Shown: positions 34,342-43,452, counted from the first letter of the stretch. The stretch: 45,677 nt of DNA from Spirochaetota bacterium (GCA_018815555.1 JAHIWF010000158.1:1-45677), one strand, 5' to 3'. A program made the numbers and translations. The notes: generated by a model not told the origin, from the letters alone.

Positions 34342-34410
34342 AAAATACATTTATAATGTATTTTAATCAAATAATATGTTGACATATTATTTGTCAGGTA
34401 CTATTATAAT
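34342..34410 (+). promoter_or_regulatory. AT-rich promoter with two perfect inverted repeats
   Basis: AAAATACATT-TAT-AATGTATTTT (34342-34364); CAAATAATATGT-TG-ACATATTATTTG (34368-34393); TTGACA-17-TATTAT; AGGAGG SD follows. Confidence 0.75.
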
Positions 34411-34424
34411 TCCAGGAGGACACT

Positions 34425-35096
34425 ATGACCACTACAAACCTGGATACACTTACAGGCCTGCCCAAGCGCGAGGCCCTGGAAAAAGCGCTGGATCAGTTGA
34501 TGGAGAACGGCGATACCGGTTGTCTGACTCTGGTACTCTGCGATGTGGACAAATTCCTGGAGATAAACCAGGCGCATGGGCATGCCGGCGGCGACGCGGT
34601 ACTAAAACTGGTGGCAAAGGCACTGCAGACTGCCGGCGACAGTCTGGCTATCCGCTACGGCGGTGACGAGTTCGCTGTCATTTTTAAGGGTGTGGAACGC
34701 GAGCAGGCCTTCCTACGCATGGAAAAAATCCGGGCCGAGCTGGCTGAAATCAAACAGATAGAAGCCGACGGCAAGCAGCAGGCTTTGCGCTTCAGCATCA
34801 GTGCCGGTATTTCGGCCTGGCCGATCGACGGCAGCAATCAGGCCGAACTGATGCGCAAGGCCGACGCCGCGCTCTACCGGGCCAAACTTGGCGGCCGCAA
34901 CAAGATCATGCTGGCCTACGAGGAAAAAATGGTGCCCAAGACCGCCCATTTTACCGCCACCCAGCTGGAGCGCTTAAGCGATCTGGCCAAAGACCAAGGT
35001 GTTGGCGAAGCGGTGCTGCTGCGTGAAGCCCTCGATGAACTGCTAACCAAGTACGTGCATGGCTTCCAGCGCACTGGCATGCCCACGGCTGGCTGA
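34425..35096 (+). CDS. GGDEF domain fused to a C-terminal ribbon-helix-helix-like domain
   Basis: DTLTGLP, DVDKFLEIN..HGH..GD, RYGGDEF, ADAALYRAK; tail KTAHFTATQLERLSDLAKDQGVGEAVLLREALDELLTKY. Confidence 0.87.
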   Translation: MTTTNLDTLTGLPKREALEKALDQLMENGDTGCLTLVLCDVDKFLEINQAHGHAGGDAVLKLVAKALQTAGDSLAIRYGGDEFAVIFKGVEREQAFLRMEKIRAELAEIKQIEADGKQQALRFSISAGISAWPIDGSNQAELMRKADAALYRAKLGGRNKIMLAYEEKMVPKTAHFTATQLERLSDLAKDQGVGEAVLLREALDELLTKYVHGFQRTGMPTAG

Positions 35097-35106
35097 ACCG
35101 GTGAGG

Positions 35107-35145
35107 CAGGGCTGCCGCTGTGGGGCTCGCCTTGCGGCAGCTCTG
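35107..35145. terminator. hairpin between convergent genes
   Basis: CAGGGCTGCCGC...GCGGCAGCTCTG 12-bp stem with one G-U. Confidence 0.5.
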
Positions 35146-35150
35146 GCCCG

Positions 35151-37850
35151 CTAGAGGTTCTTTGCCTTGATGCGGGCCATAGCCCACTCGGTGTAGGTTC
35201 GCACCCGCTTGTCCGGATCGGCCTGCAGCTGCTCCAGAATGGTCTGGCCGTCCTCGGTATTCAGCCGCTCCAACGCCTTGGTTACCTGCACCCGCACCTC
35301 CTGGTCCGGATCGCGTGCGGCCAGCACGATGCCGCGGAAGGCAGAAGCGCTGCCGATGGTCGAAAGCATCACTGCGGCCGCCCGTCGTACCTTCGGGTCA
35401 CGGACTGCCAGTTTGCGTATCCAGCTTTCCACATAGCCGGTACTTTCCAGTATTTCCACTATATACGGCTTCAAGGACGGGATGCCTTCTTCCAGAAGTT
35501 CCACCATGGCCTGTTCGCCGCTTCCCCCCATCAGCTTAAAAGCCATACTGAGCTTGTCTTTAAACACACCCTTGGCATCCTTAAAAATATCGATCAGCTG
35601 CCGGATAAATTTGCGCTGCTTCTTGCGGGCAATACATTGCTGCAGTTCTGCTGCCTCAAAATAGTCCTCGGCCAGACTGTCCGTCAGGATCTGTAGAGAC
35701 TTTTCTTCGTCGCTTAAGGCCAGACCTTCGAGGGCCGCCGCCTTAACCGAATCCACTTCGTTTTTGTCCGCCAGCACCTCGGCCAGCTTCAGCAGTGCAG
35801 CTTCCGAGCCATAAGCACCAAGGGCCCGGCCAACTTCGCAGCGCACCCGTTCGACCGGGTCACGCAACATTTCCGCCGCCCGGCTGATGGTTTTAGCCTC
35901 GTCATACTCCACCAAAGCCCATACCGCGGCTACCCTGACTTCAGGATCGGCATCTTCCAGGCTCTCGCGTATTTCTTTCAGGAAAGTTTTGCGTCCGGTG
36001 GCCGGCAGGCCGGCTATCAGAGCGGCCCGGACACTGGCGTCATCGGACTGCAGCAGGGCGGCTGCACGTTGTTCCAGCACTTCGATATCGGTTTCGGCCA
36101 GAAGCTTCATGAAATTTTTAAGTTCATCAAGCGGCAGGGTCGGCAGATGCTCCAGCAGGAACTGTATGCTGTAATCCAGCTTCATGCTGCCGATCAGCCG
36201 GAAGGCGTCCATACGCACTGCATGCGGATAAGCCTCGCGCCCCTGACGGACAATCTTTAGCACAAAGGGCAGTACAAAGCTCGGGGGCATCTTGGCCAGC
36301 ACCGTGCGCAACCTGTCCCGCAGCGGGAAGGCCGGATCCACCAAAAATTCGAACAACATCGGACAGAAAATAAAATCACCGTGCACCGGCAGAGACTCGA
36401 GCACCAGGTCCAGTAACTGGAAGCGCGCCGCCTCGCTCTGCGGCTCAGCTTCTGTCGCATCAGATACAGTGGCATTTCCGCTGGTGCCGGCGGCCGCTGC
36501 CGCCGCGGTCGCTGAAGCCGCTGCAAGCAATGCTGCTGCGTCAGCGCGCAGTCGGCGCAATTCTTCGCCCAGGCTGAGCAGTGCCTGGTCGGTGCCGCGC
36601 AGCTGAACGGCCTTCAGGCCGGCACTGTACAATAGCAGATTAGCCTGCGACAGCGGCCTGCTGCGCACCAAGGTACTGATACGGGTCCAGAGCGGCAGAA
36701 TATGCGCGCGGTCGCCGGTCTCGGCTAACAGCTCCGCCCCGAGCAGCAGCGTACCATAGGCAGCATCCTCGGGTAGCTGTTCCAGAAAGGAATTGATGCG
36801 CACGCTGGATGCGTTGGTCAGCAGACGGCGGATGTGCTCCAGATCCTCACTGTCATCCGGCGAGGCCCGCAAGAACAGCTTATACAGGGTTCCTGAACGT
36901 TCCAGGAACAAGGCTGCCGAAAAACGCAATTCCATATCCGCTCCAGCCAGATAGGAGATGGCCAGATTTACATCGTCGTCGCGAGCAGGATCCAGCAGTT
37001 CCAGGATATGGCCAGCCTGCACGGTAGACAGCTCTGTATAGTCCACAACAAACAAGTCATTAAAGTCTTTCTCCAGCCTCAGGCGGGCAGCCTGGCGCAC
37101 TTCGAACACCGGGTCATCCAGATATAAAGCTTTTATACGTGAATAAAAGATTTCTCGATCCTGTACAGGGGCTTCCTGCACTACAGTCTTGCGGATAAGC
37201 GCGTGCGAATCATCCAATGATTCCCAGACACTGCGGACAGAGCGCGGCTCGCTATCATGAATCAGGATTTTGACAGCAAAAAAGCGCGAGGCCCATTCCG
37301 GATCACCGGTCATCTCCCGAATCTGGTCGATAGCGTCGGCCAGGAAAGCGGCGGCGGCTTTTCCGTCGAACGGCTCGCCTTTACCGGCCAAAGCGATCTG
37401 CTGATAGGGCAAAAAATCATGCCTGGAGGCCAGCCACTCGCGGATCGCGGCCTGCAGCGACCGGTTTTGCAGGGCAGCCTTAAAGCAGATAAAAATTGAA
37501 GCTGCCGGAGAGAATTCCAGCAGCAGGCGGCACAGACCTTCCTTCGGATGAGCCTGGAATTTTTGCAGCCAGAGCGAATCCAGGCCGGTCAGGACCGGTA
37601 GATTAAGCTCGTGCTTACGGGCAAGCTGTACCAGCAGGCGCACATTAGCCTGGGCACGACGCAGCGGCAGCTTTTTCTTTATCAGAGAGGCTGTATCCTC
37701 AGTCTGGCTTAATTGCCTAACCAGCCGCCGCAGACTCAGCTGTGAAAGTCGTACAAATAAAAGCAGAAGCAATGCACCGGCCAGCACCAATGCCACGGCT
37801 AAAACCAGCCACAAAGGCAAACGGGTAAAAAATTCCATGATACTCTTCAT
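35151..37850 (-). CDS. membrane-anchored HEAT (PBS-lyase-like) repeat protein
   Basis: N-terminal TM; repeats DPEWASRFFAV, DPVFEVRQAA, DADPEVRVAAVWAL, DPVERVR, DPKVRRAAA, DPDQEVRVQV, DPDKRVR. Confidence 0.85.
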   Translation of the reverse strand: MKSIMEFFTRLPLWLVLAVALVLAGALLLLLFVRLSQLSLRRLVRQLSQTEDTASLIKKKLPLRRAQANVRLLVQLARKHELNLPVLTGLDSLWLQKFQAHPKEGLCRLLLEFSPAASIFICFKAALQNRSLQAAIREWLASRHDFLPYQQIALAGKGEPFDGKAAAAFLADAIDQIREMTGDPEWASRFFAVKILIHDSEPRSVRSVWESLDDSHALIRKTVVQEAPVQDREIFYSRIKALYLDDPVFEVRQAARLRLEKDFNDLFVVDYTELSTVQAGHILELLDPARDDDVNLAISYLAGADMELRFSAALFLERSGTLYKLFLRASPDDSEDLEHIRRLLTNASSVRINSFLEQLPEDAAYGTLLLGAELLAETGDRAHILPLWTRISTLVRSRPLSQANLLLYSAGLKAVQLRGTDQALLSLGEELRRLRADAAALLAAASATAAAAAAGTSGNATVSDATEAEPQSEAARFQLLDLVLESLPVHGDFIFCPMLFEFLVDPAFPLRDRLRTVLAKMPPSFVLPFVLKIVRQGREAYPHAVRMDAFRLIGSMKLDYSIQFLLEHLPTLPLDELKNFMKLLAETDIEVLEQRAAALLQSDDASVRAALIAGLPATGRKTFLKEIRESLEDADPEVRVAAVWALVEYDEAKTISRAAEMLRDPVERVRCEVGRALGAYGSEAALLKLAEVLADKNEVDSVKAAALEGLALSDEEKSLQILTDSLAEDYFEAAELQQCIARKKQRKFIRQLIDIFKDAKGVFKDKLSMAFKLMGGSGEQAMVELLEEGIPSLKPYIVEILESTGYVESWIRKLAVRDPKVRRAAAVMLSTIGSASAFRGIVLAARDPDQEVRVQVTKALERLNTEDGQTILEQLQADPDKRVRTYTEWAMARIKAKNL

Positions 37851-37976
37851 ATCTACTCCACATACTCTGGCCGGGAACGCAAGCGTACTAACATACTTGC
37901 ATACCCGACCTATAATCGGACTTCCCCGGCCTGCTCAAATATGCCGGGAACAGACTCTATAAGGGTTTTGGCACAG

Positions 37977-39548
37977 CTAACGCCGCCCCAAAACTTTGTA
38001 TATCTGTATTGGCTGTTCTTTGCCTTTTACCTTTACCGGCTCCCTGGTCTCCAGCTTAAAAGCGCCGTCCAGCAGCTGCTTGGTATTTTCCGTTATTATT
38101 ACTTCATCCGCCTTGGCCACGCCTTCCAGGCGGGCGGCGATATTTACGGTATCACCTATAATCGAATAGTCCATGCGCCGGCTGGAGCCCAGATTGCCGG
38201 CAACCAGCGGGCCGGTATGCATGCCTATGCCTATGCGCAGATGGCTGGCTTTGCCGGTAAAGAACGTGCGTTTCGGATTGTCCACCAGCTGCTGGATATC
38301 CCAGGCACAGGAGACAGCCAGAAAAGCATCCTCAGCCTCGCTTGTCATGGGAACCCCCCAGGCCGCCATGATACAGTCTCCGATAAACTTGTCTATATAA
38401 CCGCGGTGCTTTACAACGATTTCCACCGCCTCTGAGAAATATTCATTTAGGACACCGATAATGTATTCCGGCTCTTTGCCTTCAGAAAAGGAAGTATAAC
38501 CGCGGATGTCGGCAAAAAAAACCGTGGCCTGTTTCTTGTCGCCGCCCAATTTTATCGAATTCGGTGAATCCATCAGGGATTGCACTACTTCCTGACTCAG
38601 GTAGCGCGAGAACATATCTTTGATCAGGCGCCGTTCTTCCACCGCCACATGCATCTGCTGCTTAAGTTCCTGCTCGCGGCTCTGGTCAGTAAACAAAAGG
38701 GTCAAGCCCTCATGCCGGCCGCGCTTGCCGCGCAAAGGACTGACGTTCAGTGAAAAATCCATAGGCCGGCTGCTGTCATTCCAGATGCCTTCTACCCCCA
38801 GTAGCTCCTGGCCATTAGTCTGGACGCCCAAAATGGCTTTCTGCAAACCTTCGTCGACCCTGCCGCCGAAAAAATCCTGCAGCTTCTGCCCGAGCCTGGT
38901 GTCATCAAGATTGAAAGCCTCCGCCGCCTTCTCGTTAAAATACTCGAGCTGCCCTTTTTCGTCGGTTGTAATCAGCAGATTGGTCATTGAAGAAAAAACA
39001 CTGGCCTGATAACGCTCCAGTTCTTCTATTTGTGCCAGGTAATCTTTCATTTCCTGAAAAAGCCTGGCATTGTCCATCATCCCGGCAGCCAGCTGGCTGA
39101 TGCTGTTCAGAAAATGAAAGCGGGCGCGGTTATAGAAATCCGGGGCAAAGGCATTCAGCACCAGAAAACCGAGGTTCATTTTCGGGGTTATCAGTGGCAA
39201 GGCTATGGCGGATTGCATGGCTGGATGCAGCAGAAAACCGGCCAGCGGGCTTATATGCCGCTCATGTACGATTATCGCCTCCCGGCAGTCATCCAGAAAC
39301 TGCAGAGATTCCTCCTGCCCGCTAAAGGCAGCGGGAATCTCGAAGCGGCCGCGGTGATATAAAAGACGCATACCCTTGGCCGGATTCTTGAAATCGCTCC
39401 AGGCATAAAAACCGGCTATATCTGAGCTGCTTACATCTATTGATTGCTCTACCAGCGAGGCTGCGAGCGAGCGAAAATCTGGTTCGTTGGCAACCAAGGC
39501 ACTGGCGCGCACCAACTCATCGAGCATGTCTACTTTTTCTGCCTTCAT
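37977..39548 (-). CDS. GAF-PAS class III adenylate cyclase
   Basis: SAIALPL GAF; TTDEKGQLEYFNEKA PAS; FADIRGYT, DKFIGDC, RMDYSIIGDTVNIAARLE (K/D specificity, N/R intact); ATG 39548 after AGGAGG. Confidence 0.9.
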   Translation of the reverse strand: MKAEKVDMLDELVRASALVANEPDFRSLAASLVEQSIDVSSSDIAGFYAWSDFKNPAKGMRLLYHRGRFEIPAAFSGQEESLQFLDDCREAIIVHERHISPLAGFLLHPAMQSAIALPLITPKMNLGFLVLNAFAPDFYNRARFHFLNSISQLAAGMMDNARLFQEMKDYLAQIEELERYQASVFSSMTNLLITTDEKGQLEYFNEKAAEAFNLDDTRLGQKLQDFFGGRVDEGLQKAILGVQTNGQELLGVEGIWNDSSRPMDFSLNVSPLRGKRGRHEGLTLLFTDQSREQELKQQMHVAVEERRLIKDMFSRYLSQEVVQSLMDSPNSIKLGGDKKQATVFFADIRGYTSFSEGKEPEYIIGVLNEYFSEAVEIVVKHRGYIDKFIGDCIMAAWGVPMTSEAEDAFLAVSCAWDIQQLVDNPKRTFFTGKASHLRIGIGMHTGPLVAGNLGSSRRMDYSIIGDTVNIAARLEGVAKADEVIITENTKQLLDGAFKLETREPVKVKGKEQPIQIYKVLGRR

Positions 39549-39751
39549 GAAAGGCCTCCTGCAGGGGCAAGCGCGGCAGCGAGCTCTTGCTGCGTAAAGT
39601 TTGCTGCATGAGCACGCAAAATACAAGACTCAGCGTTAAAAATAGCGCTATATTCGATGAATTTAGTATTAATTAGCCCATAGGGACAGTTTAATCTTGT
39701 GGAAACACGGCGCCTGATATGCTACACTGCGGGTAATTACGGAGACAGGTT

Positions 39752-40228
39752 ATGAGCGCCAGCAAAATGCCGAAAAGCCAGCAGCCAGCAATACAACTGC
39801 ACCAGGTGCTGTTCGGAAAAACCGAAAATCATCTGCAGCAGCTGCTAAGGTCTTTTGTGGCCAGTTTTGTCAGTTTTTCACTGGACTTCCTTACCCTTCT
39901 GCTGCTTAAGCGCTACATTTACCTAACAGCCGCGGCGGCTATCGGCTTTATCACCGGCACAGTATTGGTATTTATTCTAAACAAATACTGGGTATTTCCC
40001 CGACAACGCTACAGCAGCCTGGCAACCCAATTTTCGGTTTTTTTTAGTTTCGCCCTAAGTGGATCGCTCATGTACACCCTGCTGTTTGCCGCCTTCAGCG
40101 GGCCGCTGCGGCTACACTTTGCCCTCGCAAAAACCACCGCCAGCCTGCTGGTCTTTATCTTCAATTTTCTAACCCGTAAATTTTTCCTGTTTGCGGCCAA
40201 AAGAAAAAGCCGCCCTAATTCGGCGTAG
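39752..40228 (+). CDS. GtrA-family membrane protein
   Basis: 4 TM; QLLRSFVASF...DF, FILNKYWVF, AK...FNFLTRKFFLF. Confidence 0.82.
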   Translation: MSASKMPKSQQPAIQLHQVLFGKTENHLQQLLRSFVASFVSFSLDFLTLLLLKRYIYLTAAAAIGFITGTVLVFILNKYWVFPRQRYSSLATQFSVFFSFALSGSLMYTLLFAAFSGPLRLHFALAKTTASLLVFIFNFLTRKFFLFAAKRKSRPNSA

Positions 40229-42248
40229 TACCGCGGCCGGCCGTCTCTCCTGCCTGGTTAAGCAGATCCTGTATGCTTGCCTGATGCCGCAGAGGATTGG
40301 CGGTAATGCGCCGGATTTTCTTGCGGGCATACATACGGGCATCCGCCGCCGAAATCAGCGTATCCACATCCGTACCATCAGATGGATAGCCGGCCCTGCC
40401 GATACTGAGTTCGATACTTACCTGATGGCCTTCGATGTCGGCCGAAGTGTCAAACAGCCGCTCTATATCATTAACAAGCACCGGAGCTGAAGCTGCCACC
40501 ACCCCGGAATGCGCACCGGACCGACTGATGCAGAGAAACTCGTCGCCGCCAACCCGGCAAATATCCAGCTTGGCCCCAAAGCTGTCCTTCATGCGTTGGG
40601 CAAAAACCCGCAGCACTTCATCACCGGCCTGGTGTCCGTAATCGTCATTAATTTCTTTAAATCGGTCAAAATCGATATAAATAATATATAACTCATCGCG
40701 TTCACCAAAACGGCGTCCGGCCTCGATGCGGCGGCCCAGTTCCATATAAGCAAAGGCCCGGTTGTACAGACCAGTAAGGGTATCACGATACAGCAAACGC
40801 TCTATCTCGTGCTCTTTACGTTTTCGTTCGCTTATATCCATGTAGATTACATAGGCACCAAGATGGCTCTGATCAAGCAAAATAGGAAATGCAATAATCG
40901 CCACATCGATATCGGTTCCGTCCCGTCGCGTTCGGATGGCCTCAATCTCCAAAGATTTTCCGTCCAAGGCAACCATGTTCGAATAGCTTACCGCCTCCTG
41001 CATACGCTCCGGAGCGACAATCAAGTCATTCAGATTGCGGCCAAGCGTCTCCTCCTGGGTATAGCCGAACAAGCGCTCAAACGGTTTGTTAACCTTCCGT
41101 ACCAAAGCCTGCTGATCGGTGAGCACGACCGCGCTGGGAGTGTTGTCGAACAATTGCTGAAAATAAACATTCTCGCGCCGCATTGACTGAATCGCGAATT
41201 CTTCGCTACTGATGTCCCGGTACATTGCGAACATGCCGACCACCACTCCGTGCTTTACAACTGGGCTGCCGACTGCTTCCACCTGCAGCAGCGCACCGCT
41301 CTTATTGCGGCGTACAGTACGCGAGTTCATAGTGTGCTGAGTGAAGATAGTATCATGAAATGACAAGGATTCCTGTTCGTAACCAGGTGGCAAAATAAGT
41401 ATATTGATGAAGCTTCCTATAGCCTCATCGCGGGTGTACCCAAAGAAGGCACTGAACTGATCATTAACATCCAACACTGTTTCGTGCATATCCAGAATGG
41501 CAATAGGATACAGTGAACGGTTGAACAACTGTTCCAGGAAGTCTTCCTGCTCGCGCAAGCGCCGTTCGGCCTCGCGCTGGGCACTAAGATCTTTATAGAT
41601 GACATAATTGCCCACCAGCTTGCGGTCAATGGTAACCGGATAGCCGACTGCCTGCACCTCCACCAGGCTGCCCGCACTGGTTTTGCGCCATAGAGTAACC
41701 TGAACCTTTTCCTGACTGATAACCTTGCGAAATAGCTCTTTGGCAGCCGGTAGATCAGCCTCTGGGACGATCAGACTGTCTAGATCCATACCAATACTCT
41801 CGGCACGCTTGTAGCCGAAGAGCTGCTCAAAACCCGGATTCAGATCCATTATTCGGGAGTCGTTATCAATTAGTACAACCGCATCGGGGAAGCGGCCGAA
41901 AAGCTCCCGGGTATACGGGGCCAGCATCGACATCTCGCGGTAGGTTTCGATAACCCGGGGATTGATCTCCAGCAGCAATACCCGTTCAGCCTGGTTGACC
42001 GTACTTACCGATATCTCCAGGTCAAGCTGCCGCCCATGCTGGTCCGGCAGACTGCACTGCACTGTTCCAGCCCCGGAGGCCGGCAATAAGGATAGCAGTG
42101 ATCCGGCCAGCACTGAAGGAGCAGCATCCGGGGCCAGGCCAAAGAGCTGGCGGAAGGCACTGTTACAGTCCAGCAGTGTATCCGGACCGGCTATGGCCAC
42201 TGCCGATTTTATATGATTAAAAATCGCCTTGTACAGCAATTCCTGCAT
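40215..42248 (-). CDS. multi-PAS diguanylate cyclase
   Basis: One degenerate plus three tandem PAS repeats (N..F...FGY...E..G); DTLTGLYNR, DFDRFKEIND, RVGGDEF; ATG 42248 after GAAGGGGA. Confidence 0.9.
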   Translation of the reverse strand: MQELLYKAIFNHIKSAVAIAGPDTLLDCNSAFRQLFGLAPDAAPSVLAGSLLSLLPASGAGTVQCSLPDQHGRQLDLEISVSTVNQAERVLLLEINPRVIETYREMSMLAPYTRELFGRFPDAVVLIDNDSRIMDLNPGFEQLFGYKRAESIGMDLDSLIVPEADLPAAKELFRKVISQEKVQVTLWRKTSAGSLVEVQAVGYPVTIDRKLVGNYVIYKDLSAQREAERRLREQEDFLEQLFNRSLYPIAILDMHETVLDVNDQFSAFFGYTRDEAIGSFINILILPPGYEQESLSFHDTIFTQHTMNSRTVRRNKSGALLQVEAVGSPVVKHGVVVGMFAMYRDISSEEFAIQSMRRENVYFQQLFDNTPSAVVLTDQQALVRKVNKPFERLFGYTQEETLGRNLNDLIVAPERMQEAVSYSNMVALDGKSLEIEAIRTRRDGTDIDVAIIAFPILLDQSHLGAYVIYMDISERKRKEHEIERLLYRDTLTGLYNRAFAYMELGRRIEAGRRFGERDELYIIYIDFDRFKEINDDYGHQAGDEVLRVFAQRMKDSFGAKLDICRVGGDEFLCISRSGAHSGVVAASAPVLVNDIERLFDTSADIEGHQVSIELSIGRAGYPSDGTDVDTLISAADARMYARKKIRRITANPLRHQASIQDLLNQAGETAGRGTTPN

Positions 42249-42340
42249 CTGATCCCCTTCACTATCAAGCATCGTACAGAATGCATTATTTAGCAAGAGG
42301 AAATAATTCCGATGGCACTCGGGGATCAGTGTGCCGGAAT

Positions 42341-43270
42341 TTAAATAGAAAGCTGTTTAGTCCACTGCCGGCTGATGTAATTGCGGCGGAAACCAATTGC
42401 TGAATAAAAATCCTGCCCGCTGCCGACATACGCTTTGCGCGCGCCCAGACGATACAAACGGTTCAGCCCTTCTTGAATCACCGCGCGCCCCAGCCCCATG
42501 CGACGGAAGTCCGGCGGAGTACACACCGGCTCATACACGCCAAAACGGTTTTTGTCGTCATACCACACAATGCATACACTGGCATATTGACCATCTGGGG
42601 CCAACACATACAGATCCTGCTCGGCATGGTAATCCGGAGCAGTCTGCACCAGGGCGTATTCTTCAGGAGTAGACCACTCCGCCGGATCAGGATGGTTGAA
42701 GCCCAGGCCCTGGGCTTTGCAGCGCAGATCCAGCCGGCTTTCGGCTTCCGCCATACTGTGGATGCTGAAACCAGGCGGCAGCAGCGGAATCTGCTCGGCC
42801 TCTATGTCAATTTCCGACCAATAGCCGCAATCCTCCGGCCGCTGGTAACCACGTTTTTCGGCAGCGGCAAGCAGCTGCGTGTCATGGTCATAGATATCCA
42901 GCAGCAGCTTGCCATCCGCCGGATTGGCCATATAGCGCTCAGCTTCGGCCAGAATCTCATCCAGCAGAACAGCGGCAGACGGCACCCGCTGTACCCAGAA
43001 CTCGCCATTTGCCTCCCGCCATTCGGTATTCAGCAGGGCTACTATCTGCCCCGCCTGCTCCCAGATGCGCACCGCGTTTTCGAAGTGGTCAATATGGGAC
43101 TTCCGGGCGGTACTGTCGCCTTCAAACATACAGGGATGAAAGCGCCCCCAGTTCCAGCGTTCCAGCCCCCAGTTAAGCGGTTTGCCAAAAGAATAATAGG
43201 CGTCTTTTAAGAAATCGCGTATTTTAATGAAGTCTTCCGGACCTTGATAATTTCGTAGTATTGTTTTCAT
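42341..43270 (-). CDS. GNAT-family acetyltransferase (two-domain)
   Basis: C-terminal EPVCTPPDFRRMGLG acetyl-CoA motif, FYSAIGF; AGGAG SD. Confidence 0.85.
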   Translation of the reverse strand: MKTILRNYQGPEDFIKIRDFLKDAYYSFGKPLNWGLERWNWGRFHPCMFEGDSTARKSHIDHFENAVRIWEQAGQIVALLNTEWREANGEFWVQRVPSAAVLLDEILAEAERYMANPADGKLLLDIYDHDTQLLAAAEKRGYQRPEDCGYWSEIDIEAEQIPLLPPGFSIHSMAEAESRLDLRCKAQGLGFNHPDPAEWSTPEEYALVQTAPDYHAEQDLYVLAPDGQYASVCIVWYDDKNRFGVYEPVCTPPDFRRMGLGRAVIQEGLNRLYRLGARKAYVGSGQDFYSAIGFRRNYISRQWTKQLSI

Positions 43271-43367
43271 GATTTTCTCCTAAGCGATTCGAGTATAGAA
43301 TATATGGCCTGCCGGCTGAGCTCAAGGCTACAAATCAGGTTGACTAAAGGTCTACAGCTTTTTCCGC

Positions 43368-43397
43368 TTGACGTTCAACAATTTTGAACGATACAAT
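43368..43397 (+). promoter_or_regulatory. promoter with an inverted-repeat operator in the spacer
   Basis: TTGACG-18-TACAAT; CGTTCAA-CAATT-TTGAACG (43372-43390). Confidence 0.6.
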
Positions 43398-43452
43398 CAA
43401 GGCTCAACAGCACGCTTACGGCCGAAGCCGGCAAGCGGCTAAAGGAGCAGAC

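Noticed and set aside
37977-39548. Cyclases as anti-phage (Pycsar/CBASS-type) systems, including the one at 20153
   Set aside because: Ordinary adenine-specific residues and sensor or HTH fusions; no adjacent cNMP-binding TIR/TM effector or defence-island context
39642-39651. ATAGCGCTAT LacI-like palindrome in the cyclase/gtrA divergent region
   Set aside because: Only 10 bp, single copy and no LacI regulator nearby; compatible with chance
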